In this document: positions 39,347 through 51,003 of the stretch, piece after piece
How positions within the stretch are numbered: the first letter of the stretch is position 1
Layout: the number at the start of each line of letters is the position of its first letter
Assembly (NCBI GenBank): GCA_030390025.1
Contig: CM059425.1
Span: forward strand, 167,402,001-167,466,000
From: Squalus acanthias
Lineage: Eukaryota
Direction of reading: 5' to 3'
DNA: 64,000 bases
Notes under the pieces: generated by a model
What the model was told of the DNA's origin: nothing
The model's input: the letters and a program-made list of their open reading frames with translations, nothing else
Database searches by the model: none
Made by a program: the position numbers and the translations under genes

Positions 39347-41188
39347 ATTATGTTTTCTTTTGGGCGTCAGTGTGGGGGCGGGGGGGGGGGGGGGGAATTG
39401 TCAACTGAGTCACACAAGTCTTTTGCTTTTTTGTTCAACAGATAGATAGAAATTGTGCACGTAAGTACACAATCTAAGAGCCAAGAAAGCTAAATCTTCA
39501 TCAAAGTCTTCACTAATAGAGTTTCGATTTCAGCTCTATACAATCAGTTGTATTCTTTCCATTACATTGGAATGATTTCCACAGTCTTCTCCATGAATAC
39601 TGTTTTCGAGGAAAGGTGTGCTATTTGCAATGCTCACTTTCGTAGTTAAGCCGACTTAGCAACAAATTAAACAGTATTCAAGACAATTTAAAATTGATTC
39701 TTGGAGAAAAAAGGTAAAAGCCAATATTGGATAGATCAAAGCTGCTCTTTACAGTCTGCCTAGCAACCTGTCAGTAAGACTGCTGGAGTCTCACTAGTAC
39801 AACAATTACCAGTACAATGATTCCACAAGCACTTTGCTGATGTTGTATTTTAATGGCCTTAATAGAGCGTGAAGGGAAATATATCTTTTTCTAAATCTGC
39901 CACTCACCTTTCATTAATGACAATGAAACAGTACAATCAATGTTTTGTCTGCCTAGCCTGCTGTTGATCAAATCTCTTAACACTAAATGCATCTGAGCTA
40001 CTGCAAGTAATCATTTTTGTAACTGTCCGCAGCATTCTTCTAACAACCCTGAACTCATATTGATTCGCAATTACAGAAAGACGGACTTATTAGTCTACCC
40101 TAACATCCTGTCACTATTGCTAGCATTAGTCTGAAGCACTTAAAATTGAAAAAATGATCTTCAGTTGGTAAAGACTATTTAGTGACTCTTAAGAACTCTA
40201 AAATTACCTCACTTGATCTCCTACATTCTTGATGGAAGTGGAAACATTTTCTGATGGATGAAAGAGAGGTTTGATTGGGTTTCATCACTAATGAATAAAC
40301 AGAAGATCCTGCATTGATCCACCATGAGACCAGGCATCTGCTGAACCTTTTAACATGTCCCAGGCACCATTAAGGCAAATGATTTGTCGGTTTGCTTATT
40401 TTTGGTGGGATTTAGTTTTGGAAGAGAATTCTGTTAAGCGACAATTCCAGCTCTTGGTGTTTTGACCCTGTACAACAGTCAGTACTTCTATAGGAGTTAT
40501 TTTTACTCTTACATATTACAGGTTCTGACCTAAAAGAAAAATAACCAATTCTGGAAATCCAAAGTAAAAAAAAACATGTTAGAAATACACACCATGTCCA
40601 TCATGGAATAAGACAAGGGTTTACATCCAAAATGTAAACTGTCCTTTTCCTATATTGAAATGAGACCTATGCTCCTTTCAGATGGGCCCCACAGTCACCT
40701 AAAATTAAGGCCGTGGCAAATTTAGCGGCAGCATGTGCAAATCGGACATGAGCCGTTGCTCTGCTAAATGCAACATTGTTGAACCTGTAAAATGTGTATT
40801 TCCAATATTTTCTATTTTTTAATCATAGACTCTGGCTTTCTGTTCTCCACTACTTTATAATAAGCAGCTGCAACTAGAACTCAAACACACTCACTATAGC
40901 GAGTAATAAAAATTAAACGAATATAATTAAACAAACTAGTCGATACCAATAGTTACTAAATTATAGTGACACATAACCATAAGCAAGTGTATGTTACAGT
41001 TCAAGTTTATTGAATCTGGAAAAATTGGGAAGTGAGGGGCAGGGGAGTGCAAGCCCATGGTGCATGTGAAACTGTGCATGTTATAAGGGAAGCTGATCTG
41101 GCCGATTATTTGACTCAAACCCCAATCCTTCATTCAAATGAGCACTCCGCACACTGAAAATGTGCACAGAAAGTGAGGCTTAAATGCT

Positions 41189-41304
41189 AATATGATAGCA
41201 AAATACTGCGGATGCTGGAAATCCAAAATAACAACAGAAAACGCTGGAAAAACTCAGCAGGCCAGGCAGCATCCATGGAGAGAGAAACAGAGTTAACAGA
41301 GTTA
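41189..41304 (-). mobile_element. Short Penelope pLTR insertion with 13-bp TSD
   Basis: Nearly identical to 22337-22408; TSD aggcttaaatgct (41176-41188 / 41305-41317). Confidence 0.85.
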
Positions 41305-41329
41305 AGGCTTAAATGCTGGTTGGCTATCA

Positions 41330-42995
41330 ATAGGAAAAGGAAAGGTACTTGATAGACAGGATGTACTAGAAATGCTGGGTATGCTTAGAGTGGACAAGTT
41401 GCCTGGTCCAGATGGCTTGCATCCCAGGTTGCTAAGGGAATTGGGGGAGGAGATAGCGGAAGGACCTGCCATAATTTTCCGATCTTCCCTAGATGCGGGG
41501 GAGGTGCCTGAGGATTGGAAAGTGGCAAATGTGACACCATTGTTCAAGAAAGGGTGTAAGGACAATCCTAGTAACTACAGGCCGGTCAGTTTAATATGAG
41601 TGGTGGGTAAAGTTTTAGAAACAATAATCAAGGAAAAATTTAATGGGCACTTGGAGAGGTTTAAGCTAATTAAGAAGAGCCAACATGGATTTGTAAAAGG
41701 CAGATCATGTTTAACTAATCTAATTGAATTTTTTGATGAAGTGACAGGGAGGATTGATGAAGGGAATGCAATGGATGTTGTCTACATGGATTTTCAGAAA
41801 GTGTTTGACAAAGTACCACATAGAAGGCTGGTTAACAAAACTGAGGCTCATGGAATAGGTGGGTCAGTGGCAGCTTGGATAAGGAATTGGCTTAAGGACA
41901 GAAAACAGCGAGTTGTGGTAAATGGCTGTTTTTCAGACTGGAGGATGGTAGACAGTGGTGCTCCCCAAGGGTCTGTGCTGGGGCCACTGCTTTTTTTGAG
42001 ATATATAAATGACCTGGCTATTGGAATACAGAGTAGAATTTCTAAATTTGCCGATGACACCAAACTTAGGGGTGTGGCAAACAGTGAGGATGATACCAAT
42101 CGACTGCACAGGACATAGAAAGGCTAGCAGAATGGGCAGACAAGTGGCAGATGGAATTTAATACAGAGAAGTGTGAGGTGATGCATTTTGGCAGAAGGAA
42201 ATGGGAGAGGCAATATACATTAATGGCAGAGTTTTAAAGAGTGTGCAGGGACAGAGGGACCTGGGAGTTAATGTGCATAGGTCCCTGAAGGTGGCAGGAC
42301 ATATTAGAGAGTGGTTAATAAAGCATATGGGATCTTGGGCTTCATAAATAGAGGTATTGAGTACAAAAGTAGAAAAGTTATGCTGAACCTTTATAAAGCG
42401 CTGGTTAGGCCACAACTGGAGTATTGCGTCCAGTTCTGGTCACCACACTTTAGGAAGGATGTGAAGGCCCTTGAGAGGGTGCAGAGGAGATTTACCAGAA
42501 TGGTTTCGGGGATCTTAGCTACAATGACAGGTTGGAGAAGCTGGATTTGTTTTCATTAGAGCAAAGGCGGTTGAGGGGTGATTTGGTAGCGTGTACAAGA
42601 TTATGACGGGTTTGGATAGGCTAGACAGGGAAAGGCTGTTCCCACTAGTTGATGGTACAAGGACTAGGGGACACGGAGCGCAGCTGGCACCCCGCGGGGG
42701 GCTGCAGAGGAGGCCGGGGACGGCAGAGGGGGAGGTGCTGGCAGGCGGCCAGCAACAAAAATGGCCGCCCGGCACCTCCCCTTTAATTTGCGCCGCCCCG
42801 GCCGCAGGTAGGCCCCCCTGACCCTGTCGGACATAGTGTCCGGCGGTAAGTCAGGGGGTGCTACCGAAGATGACGTCATCGCCGGCAGCACAGCGCCACG
42901 GGGCGCTAACGGTTACCACCGCCGCTAACCTCCCGCTGAAGGGCGCTAATGGGAGGCGTAAAGCAAACAAATTTTTAGGCCTATGACTCTATGAC
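41330..42995 (+). mobile_element. 5'-truncated CR1 LINE whose 3' region is replaced by a partial GC-rich MITE (about 42675-42980)
   Basis: RT motifs 41372-42559; MITE half homologous to 28276-28650; residual tail ctatgactctatgac. Confidence 0.85.
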
Positions 42996-43956
42996 TTCCC
43001 GGCAGGAATTTGGAGCCCCAGGACACTGCAAGGGTTTGCTGAGACGATGGCCACTGAGAAGATACCATTATTCAGCTCTGATGCCTTGGAGCTGCTCATG
43101 ATGGAGGTGAGGCAAAAGGGGACTTTCCTCCTCAACTGAAATGGCCTCGCCTCAAAATCAGAGGGTCAAGCTGCCTGGGAAGAGATTGCCCAAAGAGTGA
43201 ACGCTGTGTAAAGGACCCGGAAATGAATAAGGAAGACATTTTATGGCATCAGGAGAAGTACCAAGGAACATGTACTCATTTTAGCATACATGTGTACTCT
43301 TCTTGCATATAAGTCTTGGTCTTAGTACAAACGGCTATTTGCTATACCCTCTGGGAGAGCAGCTGCAAAGGTTGCACACTGCATTGAGCCGTGATGATAC
43401 GTATTACAGAAGCTGTATGGCACATTGACACAAGGACAAGATCTCCACGCACAGGCTCGTCACAGATCACCCACAAAAGAAAACTGTCAGGATAGGCAAC
43501 ATGCAAATTAATGGGAGAAGCCAAGGCAGGGATGGACATGCTCAAGACACAGGGATGCAGTTTCCAGTACTCAATAATAAAGTAACATGTTCACCAATGT
43601 ACTCTTGTTGCAGACTCCGTGGACTTTGCAGAGCCCTGGAAAATTTGGGCTAAAAATTCAATTAGGCCTGAAAACGGGTACAGGGATTGTGATGCCGACT
43701 GGACCGCGCCTGTTGAAAGTAGTACAGGTACGCAACATTCGTGCTGCCTGCTAATGAACATGATTGATGCGCGTAGCCCAGCGCTGACAACGCTGCTGAG
43801 TGGCTGAGCGCTCAGCAAGGGGCCCAAGTTTGTGCAAGGCTAGCTCTATTTAATGCTAACCTCCACTTTAAACGCAGTCTGCACCTCTTAAAGGGGAGGT
43901 GTATTCTGCATTCAGCACCTCACTGAACTGGTTGTCAAGGCAACTGTCAGGCAGTT

Positions 43957-45527
43957 ATGGCTCAGCAGGGCAGAGAAAGGGCACCTAGGTACTCCGACGC
44001 AACACTGGAGGCCATAGTGCAGGGGGTAGAATGGAGGAGACAGGTCCTCTACCTGAAGGGGCCAGGAGGCCCTCCAGACTCAGTCAGAAGGCAGTGGGAA
44101 AAGATAGCTGAAGCGGTCACAGCCAGCAGCCTTGTCTTGAGGAACTGGATCCAGTGCCGAAAGAAGTTTAATGACCTCACACGAGTGGTCAAGGTCAGTG
44201 AATACATCTTCAAAAGCGGTCTCCTAACAACTGCACCACTAGACTCACACACTGATCAATGCACAACCACACCTCCTGCCCCCCCATCACTCACCTACCA
44301 ATAATCTCTATCAATCACAACTCATACCTCACATTCCTAGCTTCACCTCACTGTTGCAAGCCTCACCCCCACATCTCACACCATGCACGCACTGTCAGCT
44401 ATTCAACCATGACAGGTACATCACCCAAACACATTGCACCACACTCAATGACACACTTCCCTCTCTCTTGCAGTTCAAGGTGGCACATAACAGGAGGCAG
44501 CAGGGGCTACACGAAGGAGCACAGACGAGCCTGCATAACCTTACCGCGATGGAGGAGACCTTGCTCAACATTATTGGAGGGGGTGTCACTGGGGCCGTGG
44601 TGATCGGCGAGGCTGAAACCGTTGAAGATGACGGTATGCTCATACCTCTTTCTCCTTTTCACATACCACTTCCCCCTCATCCCACAATCTCCTCACTTAC
44701 AAGCTGCTGATGGTGTAAGCATGCACATTTTGCTTCCCCCTCCCATCACCACAACCCTACCCTTGTGCCTTTCTCCTTTCAGATACCAAGCTTCCCAGCC
44801 AATGCAGGAAGAGCAAGAGGAGAGTAATGGAGAAGAGACCACTTTAGAGGGTAGTATAGAGGTGGGATCTGCAAGTGGCGAGTCACCGGGCACGAGTGGC
44901 CTGCAGCCAGGGCAGGAGGCAAGGCTAGCGCAGGTGCCAGCTTCCCGGAGGAAGAGGTCGCACACAAGTTCTGCTGCAGATGATTCAGATGAGGACTTCG
45001 ATGGGGCGGCCTTCAGAAGAAGGGTGATGGGCATGCACACAGAAATGCTTGGTGCATTGGCAGGCCTGCCAGAGAGCCTCTTGACACTGTCAAGGAGCAT
45101 GGAGGAGTCCAGCTCCAACCTTGCACAGGGCTTTGTGCAAAGCTTGGAGCCCATAATTTCCAGGATGGAAGTGATGGGTAATTCCATTCGAGCACTTGTG
45201 GACCCAACCATGATGCAGAGTCTGATGGGCGATGTCTCAGCTTCCATTGCAGGACAAGTGGAAGCGACCCAACGTCTGAGTGCTGCAGTGGAAGCTCAGA
45301 CTGCTCTCATGCAGGCTCAGCTTGCTGCCATGCAAACTCAGACTGCTGCCACTGTAGGCTGCGTTTACCAGTGTGGAAAGGGGCTTTCAGAGTGTCATGC
45401 ATTCCAGCAATCTGTCCTCCAACAGATTACTAGAATTGCTGAGGTGCCGTCCCGGGGATTGGCATTGGCTTCGTGGAGCACGAATCTGCTGTCCTCTCTC
45501 AGGATGACACCACTGTCACTCCGCTAG
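43957..45527 (+). pseudogene. Harbinger Myb/SANT-like gene, probable exons 43957-44193, 44474-44633 and 44783 onward
   Basis: Translates MAQQGRERAPRYSD...WEKIAEAVTA...NWIQCRKKFNDL. GT-AG boundaries are present, exon 3 is acidic then coiled-coil-like, and a frameshift is needed at the start of exon 3. Confidence 0.75.
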
Positions 45528-45929
45528 TGCCCTTGCTGTTGCTCATCAGCCAGTCAGCTCAGAATGCTGCCACCCATGCTGAGGCGGGACTTCTAGGCCC
45601 AGAGCTGCTCGAGGATGTCCTGCAAGGCCATCTGCAGTCTCCCCCACTGAAAGTCAGCATCCTTCTACCAGCCATGCTGCAGCCATGGGGCAGCAGTTCA
45701 TAGGAGCACTAGGACAGGCAAAGGCACACGGAAGACAGGCCCTAAGGGAATGCACAAGGATCATTAGTTGACTTTATTATGTGGTATTGGATTGAATGAT
45801 TTATAAATGTGGTTTGGAATGTTTGTTGTGGCTCTCATTTCAGCATTGTGGCCAAGAGGACGTTGTGATGTTCCATTACAGAGGGATGGTAAGGTGGGGA
45901 AGTGTTGAGCAGTGGGGATCTGGGCTTTC

Positions 45930-47185
45930 ATTCAGGGGAACCAGAGTCTGATGATGTGCTCACTAGCAGCCCATCCGGAACGTGGATGTGCAGGCATCCT
46001 CCTCCCTTCCTCCTCCTCATGTGGTCGTGGAACCCATGGTGGCAAGGACTGCGCCTCATGACAGCCAACTTGTGGAGGATGCAGCAGGCCACCACGAATT
46101 GGGACACCCGCTCCGACGAGTACTGGAGGGCTCCTCCCGAGTGGTCAAGGTAGCGGAATCATTGCTTCAGCACCCCGATGGTCTGCTTGATGAGGTTCCT
46201 CGTGACAGCATGGCTCTCATTATATGATTGCTGGCCACGAGTGGTGGGGTTGCGGAGGGGAGTCATCAGCCAGGTGTAGAGCGGATGGCCCTTGTCGCCC
46301 AGCAGCCACCCTCGGGTTCGAAGTGGTGACTGGAAGATTGCTGGCACAGCGGACTGGCGCAGGATGAAGGCATCATGACCAATGTTCCCTCTAATTTTTT
46401 TCTGGACCACACGGCCCTTTTAACGGGCTGTGCGGCCTATTCAAAATTCGCCGCATGCGCGTTTTTTCCATTTAAAAGTGGGTAAGCCAGCTGCACGGGA
46501 GCTCCAACATTGACCATGACTGCTGCCAGGATACCAGATATTCACCATCATGATGCATTGGGCATGGTTGCACACCAACTGCACATTATTTGAGTGGTAC
46601 CCTTTGTGGCTACAGAACATCTCACCATTGACATGCGGCGCCCGCAAAGCCACGTGTGTACAGGTAGATGTCACCCTGCACTATGGGAAGCCTGATATCC
46701 TGGCACAACCACGTGCGCACTCCTCCTGCTTCTCTCTGTTTAGAGAGAAGACAATGAAGTCCCTCTCCTAGTGTACAGAGCCTTTGTGACTTCCCAGATG
46801 CAGCGATCGATGGCGAACTGCGAGATGCTTGCTATGTTGCCTGTTCCAGTCTGGAAGGATCCACTGGTGAAAAAAATCAGGGCCACGATCACCTTGAGGG
46901 CCACTGGCAAAGCCGTCGTGCCCTGCTCTGAGGCTGCAGGTCTGGTTGCAGGAGATGGCAAAGTTCTGTGACCACCTCCTTGGTGAAGCAGAGTGACCGA
47001 ACACACTGCTCCTGGCTTAGGTGCAGGTAGTGCTCCCTGAAGACCCTAGGTGGGTAAGACCTCCTGCTCAGAGTCCTCCGCTGTCTTCTCCTCCTCCCTC
47101 TGCGAGCAGCTTGTCTTCTTCACTGCCTCTGCTCCATCTCCCTGTCATGCTGCAACGCAAGGTGGACTGCAACTAGAGCCCCAAT
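45930..47185 (-). pseudogene. Harbinger (HARBI1-like) DDE transposase, disrupted
   Basis: Translates ALIFFTSGSFQ, CTHVALRAP..KGYHSNNVQLVC, YPGSSHDAFIL, WLLGDKGHPL..WLMTP, TIGVLKQ*FRYL and ACCILH. Confidence 0.88.
46380..46512. mobile_element. hAT-type MITE (133 bp) inside the Harbinger transposase
   Basis: Termini caatgtt...aacattg with an 8-bp TSD atcatgac/accatgac. Confidence 0.7.
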
Positions 47186-48119
47186 GACTGGGAGCAAGTG
47201 GTGTACTCAGAGGCCTTCCAGTAGCAGCCAACGCCTTCCCAACGTCCAGCAGCACTCCCTGCACACTTTAACAACTTTTTAAATGTCTTCCAGCAACCCA
47301 GTATTCATACAAACTCTACAAGAGCCAGTACAAAAGCAATAATCAACTTATCTGCAAGTTGGATGTATCCCATTAAGTAGCGCTGGTGGGGGGTCCCTTG
47401 TGCAGCTGAACGCACGTTCAGCTCTGTGTGTTTAGGAGAGGGTGTTGAATGGAGCGGCAACGTCAAAAATGGTAGATCGTGCACTACACGCTGGCAGACG
47501 TCATGATCTGCCTTCTCTGCATACTGCTGGTGCATGCACGTACCGCCCGCACTAACACCCTCACCAAGATGGTCATAACTACCGGCGCTAAGGAATTCTG
47601 TGGCCTTCATCTCTACATTTAAATTACATTTAAACTTGACTTTAATTTTTAATGTGAAATATCTATCTGCAAAAAAGTCTTGCTTCTAGCACGTCTGTCA
47701 CACTTCAGATGTCACACTTCCAGTGCTACATTCCATATTTCAAATTTTGATCAAATTGCAACTGAACAGTCTAAAATATATCCACAGAAAGAAAAGAAAG
47801 CCCGTCATTTTCTGTTTTTTTTGTGATCTTCAGATATCCTGGCTACTTCCTCAGGAAAGGACTCAAGCAGTCGCCAAGCTAGAGAAACTTGAGGCAGCAA
47901 CTGATTGACCTCAAGTTGTGCCTATTCCGACTAGTTCATTTGATCAGTAGCCTTAAGAGGACAGGCGAGGTTAGTATCTAAAAATCACACCATGCGCCAG
48001 ATTCCAGACTACCAGTGAGCAGTGCCGCAGATTAGGAAGTATGTGCCAGTCTATTTTAGTTTCCTAACATATAAGAATTAGCTTCAAATCTGAAAGAGTC
48101 CAATAGCCCATTTGTATGA

Positions 48120-48915
48120 CAGTGCTATCGCTCCTGTGCTCCAATATAACTGAGACAACATGGAGTCGATTATCAGGAGCAAACTGGAGGATCATCTATA
48201 CAGTAATAACCGAATAAGCAGCAGTCAGCATGCATTCTGAAGGGGAAGAACCTGTCTGACCAGCCTCCCTGGCTTATTTGAGGAAGTGACAGCCCAAGTG
48301 AACGGTGGAAAGTCCTATGATGTGATCTACTTTGACGTCCAAAAGGCTTTTGATAAAATTCCCCACAAAGGGCTATGGGGATTCAGGTAAACCCTGGGAA
48401 TGGATAAGAAACTGGTTAAAGTGTAGAAAACAATGAGTACTCGTTAGAGAAGTTATGTCTGAGTGGGTGGGGGGGGGAGGGAGGGTGCGGGTGGAGTAGG
48501 GAGTACTGCATGGAGTGGAGTGGAGTGCTGCAGGGCTCACTGCTGGGACCACGGCTGTTTCTAATTTACATAAACAACCTGGGTACAGAAAATCAATGCA
48601 AAGTGGTCAAATTTTCAGATTATACCAAATTATGAGGACCAACAAAATTGGAAAGAGGCATTTCAGAAATTATAGAGTGAGTTGAACAAGACATGTAAGC
48701 AGGTAGAACAGTGCCAAATTAAATTTAAACCAAACAAGTGTGAAGTGTTACACGTAGGAAGGAAAAATAGACGGCATGTGTAATCCATGAATGGCATGAA
48801 AGTAGCTAAGGGTAAAGCTGAAAGAGACCTGGGAGTCTCAGTCTACTCTATGCTAAACATGCCCAACTAGCGCAGAGTAGCAATCATCAAAGTCAATAGG
48901 ATGTTGAACTACATT
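48120..48915 (+). mobile_element. Old CR1 RT fragment
   Basis: Degenerate YFDVQKAFDK, QGSLLGP and KCEVLH motifs. Confidence 0.7.
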
Positions 48916-49131
48916 AGGATCTCTCTGATGGATAAATTAAGATGGATCAGTCTTCCTCATCAGTAATTATCTCATGGTCTTGCGAACATGCATGCCTCCA
49001 GAGGCAGTAAAAACTACCTCGCAACATGGTTTTACTCCCTACCTCAGAAGGCAAGGTAGCACCAGCGTCATACAGGGATGGGCATCAGGGTCGCCCTTTT
49101 ATTCTGGACATGTGTCAGCCATACACCCAAA

Positions 49132-50504
49132 AAGCTTTTAGAAACAGTAATTCAGGGAGAAAATCAATAGTCACTTGGACAAGTGGGGATTAATTAAAGA
49201 AATCCAGCACGGATTTGTTAAAGACAAATCGTGTTTAACTAACTTGATTGAGTTCTTTGATGAGATAACAAAGAGGGTTGATGAGGGTAATACAGTTGAC
49301 GTAGTGTACATGGATTTCCAAAAGGCGTTCGACAAAGTGCCACATAATAGGCTTGCCAGCAAAGTTGAAGCCCATGGAATAAGAGGGACAGTGGCAGCAT
49401 GGATACGGAATTGGCTAAGTGATAGGAAACAGAGAGTAGTGGTGAACGGTTGTTTTTCGGACTGGAGGAAGGTATACAGTGGTGTTCCCCAGGGGTTGGT
49501 TCTAGGACCACTGCTTTTCTTGATATATATTAATGACTTGGGTGTACAGGGCACAATTTCAAAATTTGCAGATGACACAAAACTTGGAAGTATAGTGAAC
49601 AGTGAGGAGGAGAGTGATAGACTACAGGAAGACATAGACAGGCTAGTGAAATGGGCGGACACGTGGCAGATGAAATTTAACGCAGAAAAGTGTGAAAAGT
49701 GTGAAATGATACATTTTGGTAGAATGAGGAGAGGACATATAAACTAAATGGTACAATCCTGAAGGGGGTGCACAAACAGAGAGACCTGGGGGTATGTATG
49801 CATAAATCATTTAAGGTGGCAGGGCAGGTTGAGAAAGCAGTTAAAAAGGCTTACGGGATCCTGGGCTTCATAAATAGAGGTACAGGTATAGAGTACAATA
49901 GTGTGGAAATTATGATAAACCTGTATAAAACACTGGTTCGGCCCCAACTGGAGTACTGTGTCCAATTCTGGGCACCACACTTTAAGAAGGTTGTGAAGGC
50001 CTTAGAGAGGGTGCAGAAAAGATTTACGAGAATGATTCCAGGAATGAGGGACTTCAGTTACGTTGATAGACTGGAGAAACTGGGGTTGTTCTCCTTGGAG
50101 CAGAGAAGATTGAGAGGAGATTTGATAGAGGTGTTCAAAATCATGAGGGACTGGACAGAGTAGATAGAGGGAAACTGTTCCCATTGGCAGAAGGGTCAAG
50201 AACCAGAGGACACAGATTTAAGGTGATTGGCAAAAGAACCAAAGGCGACGTAAGAAAAAACTTTTTCACGCAGCGAGTGGTTAAGATCTGGAATGCACTG
50301 CCTGAAAGGGTGGTGGAGGCAGATTCAATCACGGCTTTCAAAAGGGAGTTGGATAAGTATCTGAAGGAAAGAAATTTGCAGGGCTACGGAGAAAGGGCGG
50401 GGGAGTGGGACTAGCTGAAGTGCTCTTGCAGAGAGCCGGCATGGGCTCGACGGACTGAATGGCCTTCTTCCGTGCTGTAACCATTCTATGATTGTATGAT
50501 TCTA
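49132..50504 (+). mobile_element. 5'-truncated CR1 LINE
   Basis: RT ORFs 49175-50163; tail attctatgattgtatgattcta. Confidence 0.9.
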
Positions 50505-51003
50505 TAAACTGGCTACTTTAATGCATGGAACAAGTGCAAAACGAGTATTAAAGCAATATAGTAGACTGCATCAGCAAAGGAGTCCCAGAAATACAAGAAT
50601 TAAATACTCATTATGTGTTATGTAGCCATTCTTATATCTAAAAGAGATATTCTAAACCTCTGATCAAGGGGCTCAAATAACAAAACTGGTAGAATTAATT
50701 ATTTGTATGCTGGACCCTGGCACTAAATGTTCACCTGTACAGCTGACACCTATGTGGTATTATTTATACAGCAATATGTTGGTGAGTGAATTTTTTTATT
50801 CTCCTCAAAATGATGTATTTCCTGCAGTTATAGCTGTGCTATCAGGTTAGTGACTCGAAATAGAGTGCATGCCACAGGATCTCACAAGATATCAGGGCTG
50901 TGAGATTGCACATCAGATTGGAAGATTGAAAATGTTATACCTCATATAATAGAGTTGCCTTTGATAGAGAATTACATGAAAAAATCAGTTTTATCGATAG
51001 ATA

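Larger units (their letters stand above)
43647..47605. mobile_element. Degenerate full-length PIF/Harbinger transposon (convergent Myb/SANT and transposase genes)
   Basis: Two-gene layout with imperfect TIRs gggctaaaaattc / gaattctgtggcc. Ends are approximate. Confidence 0.8.
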
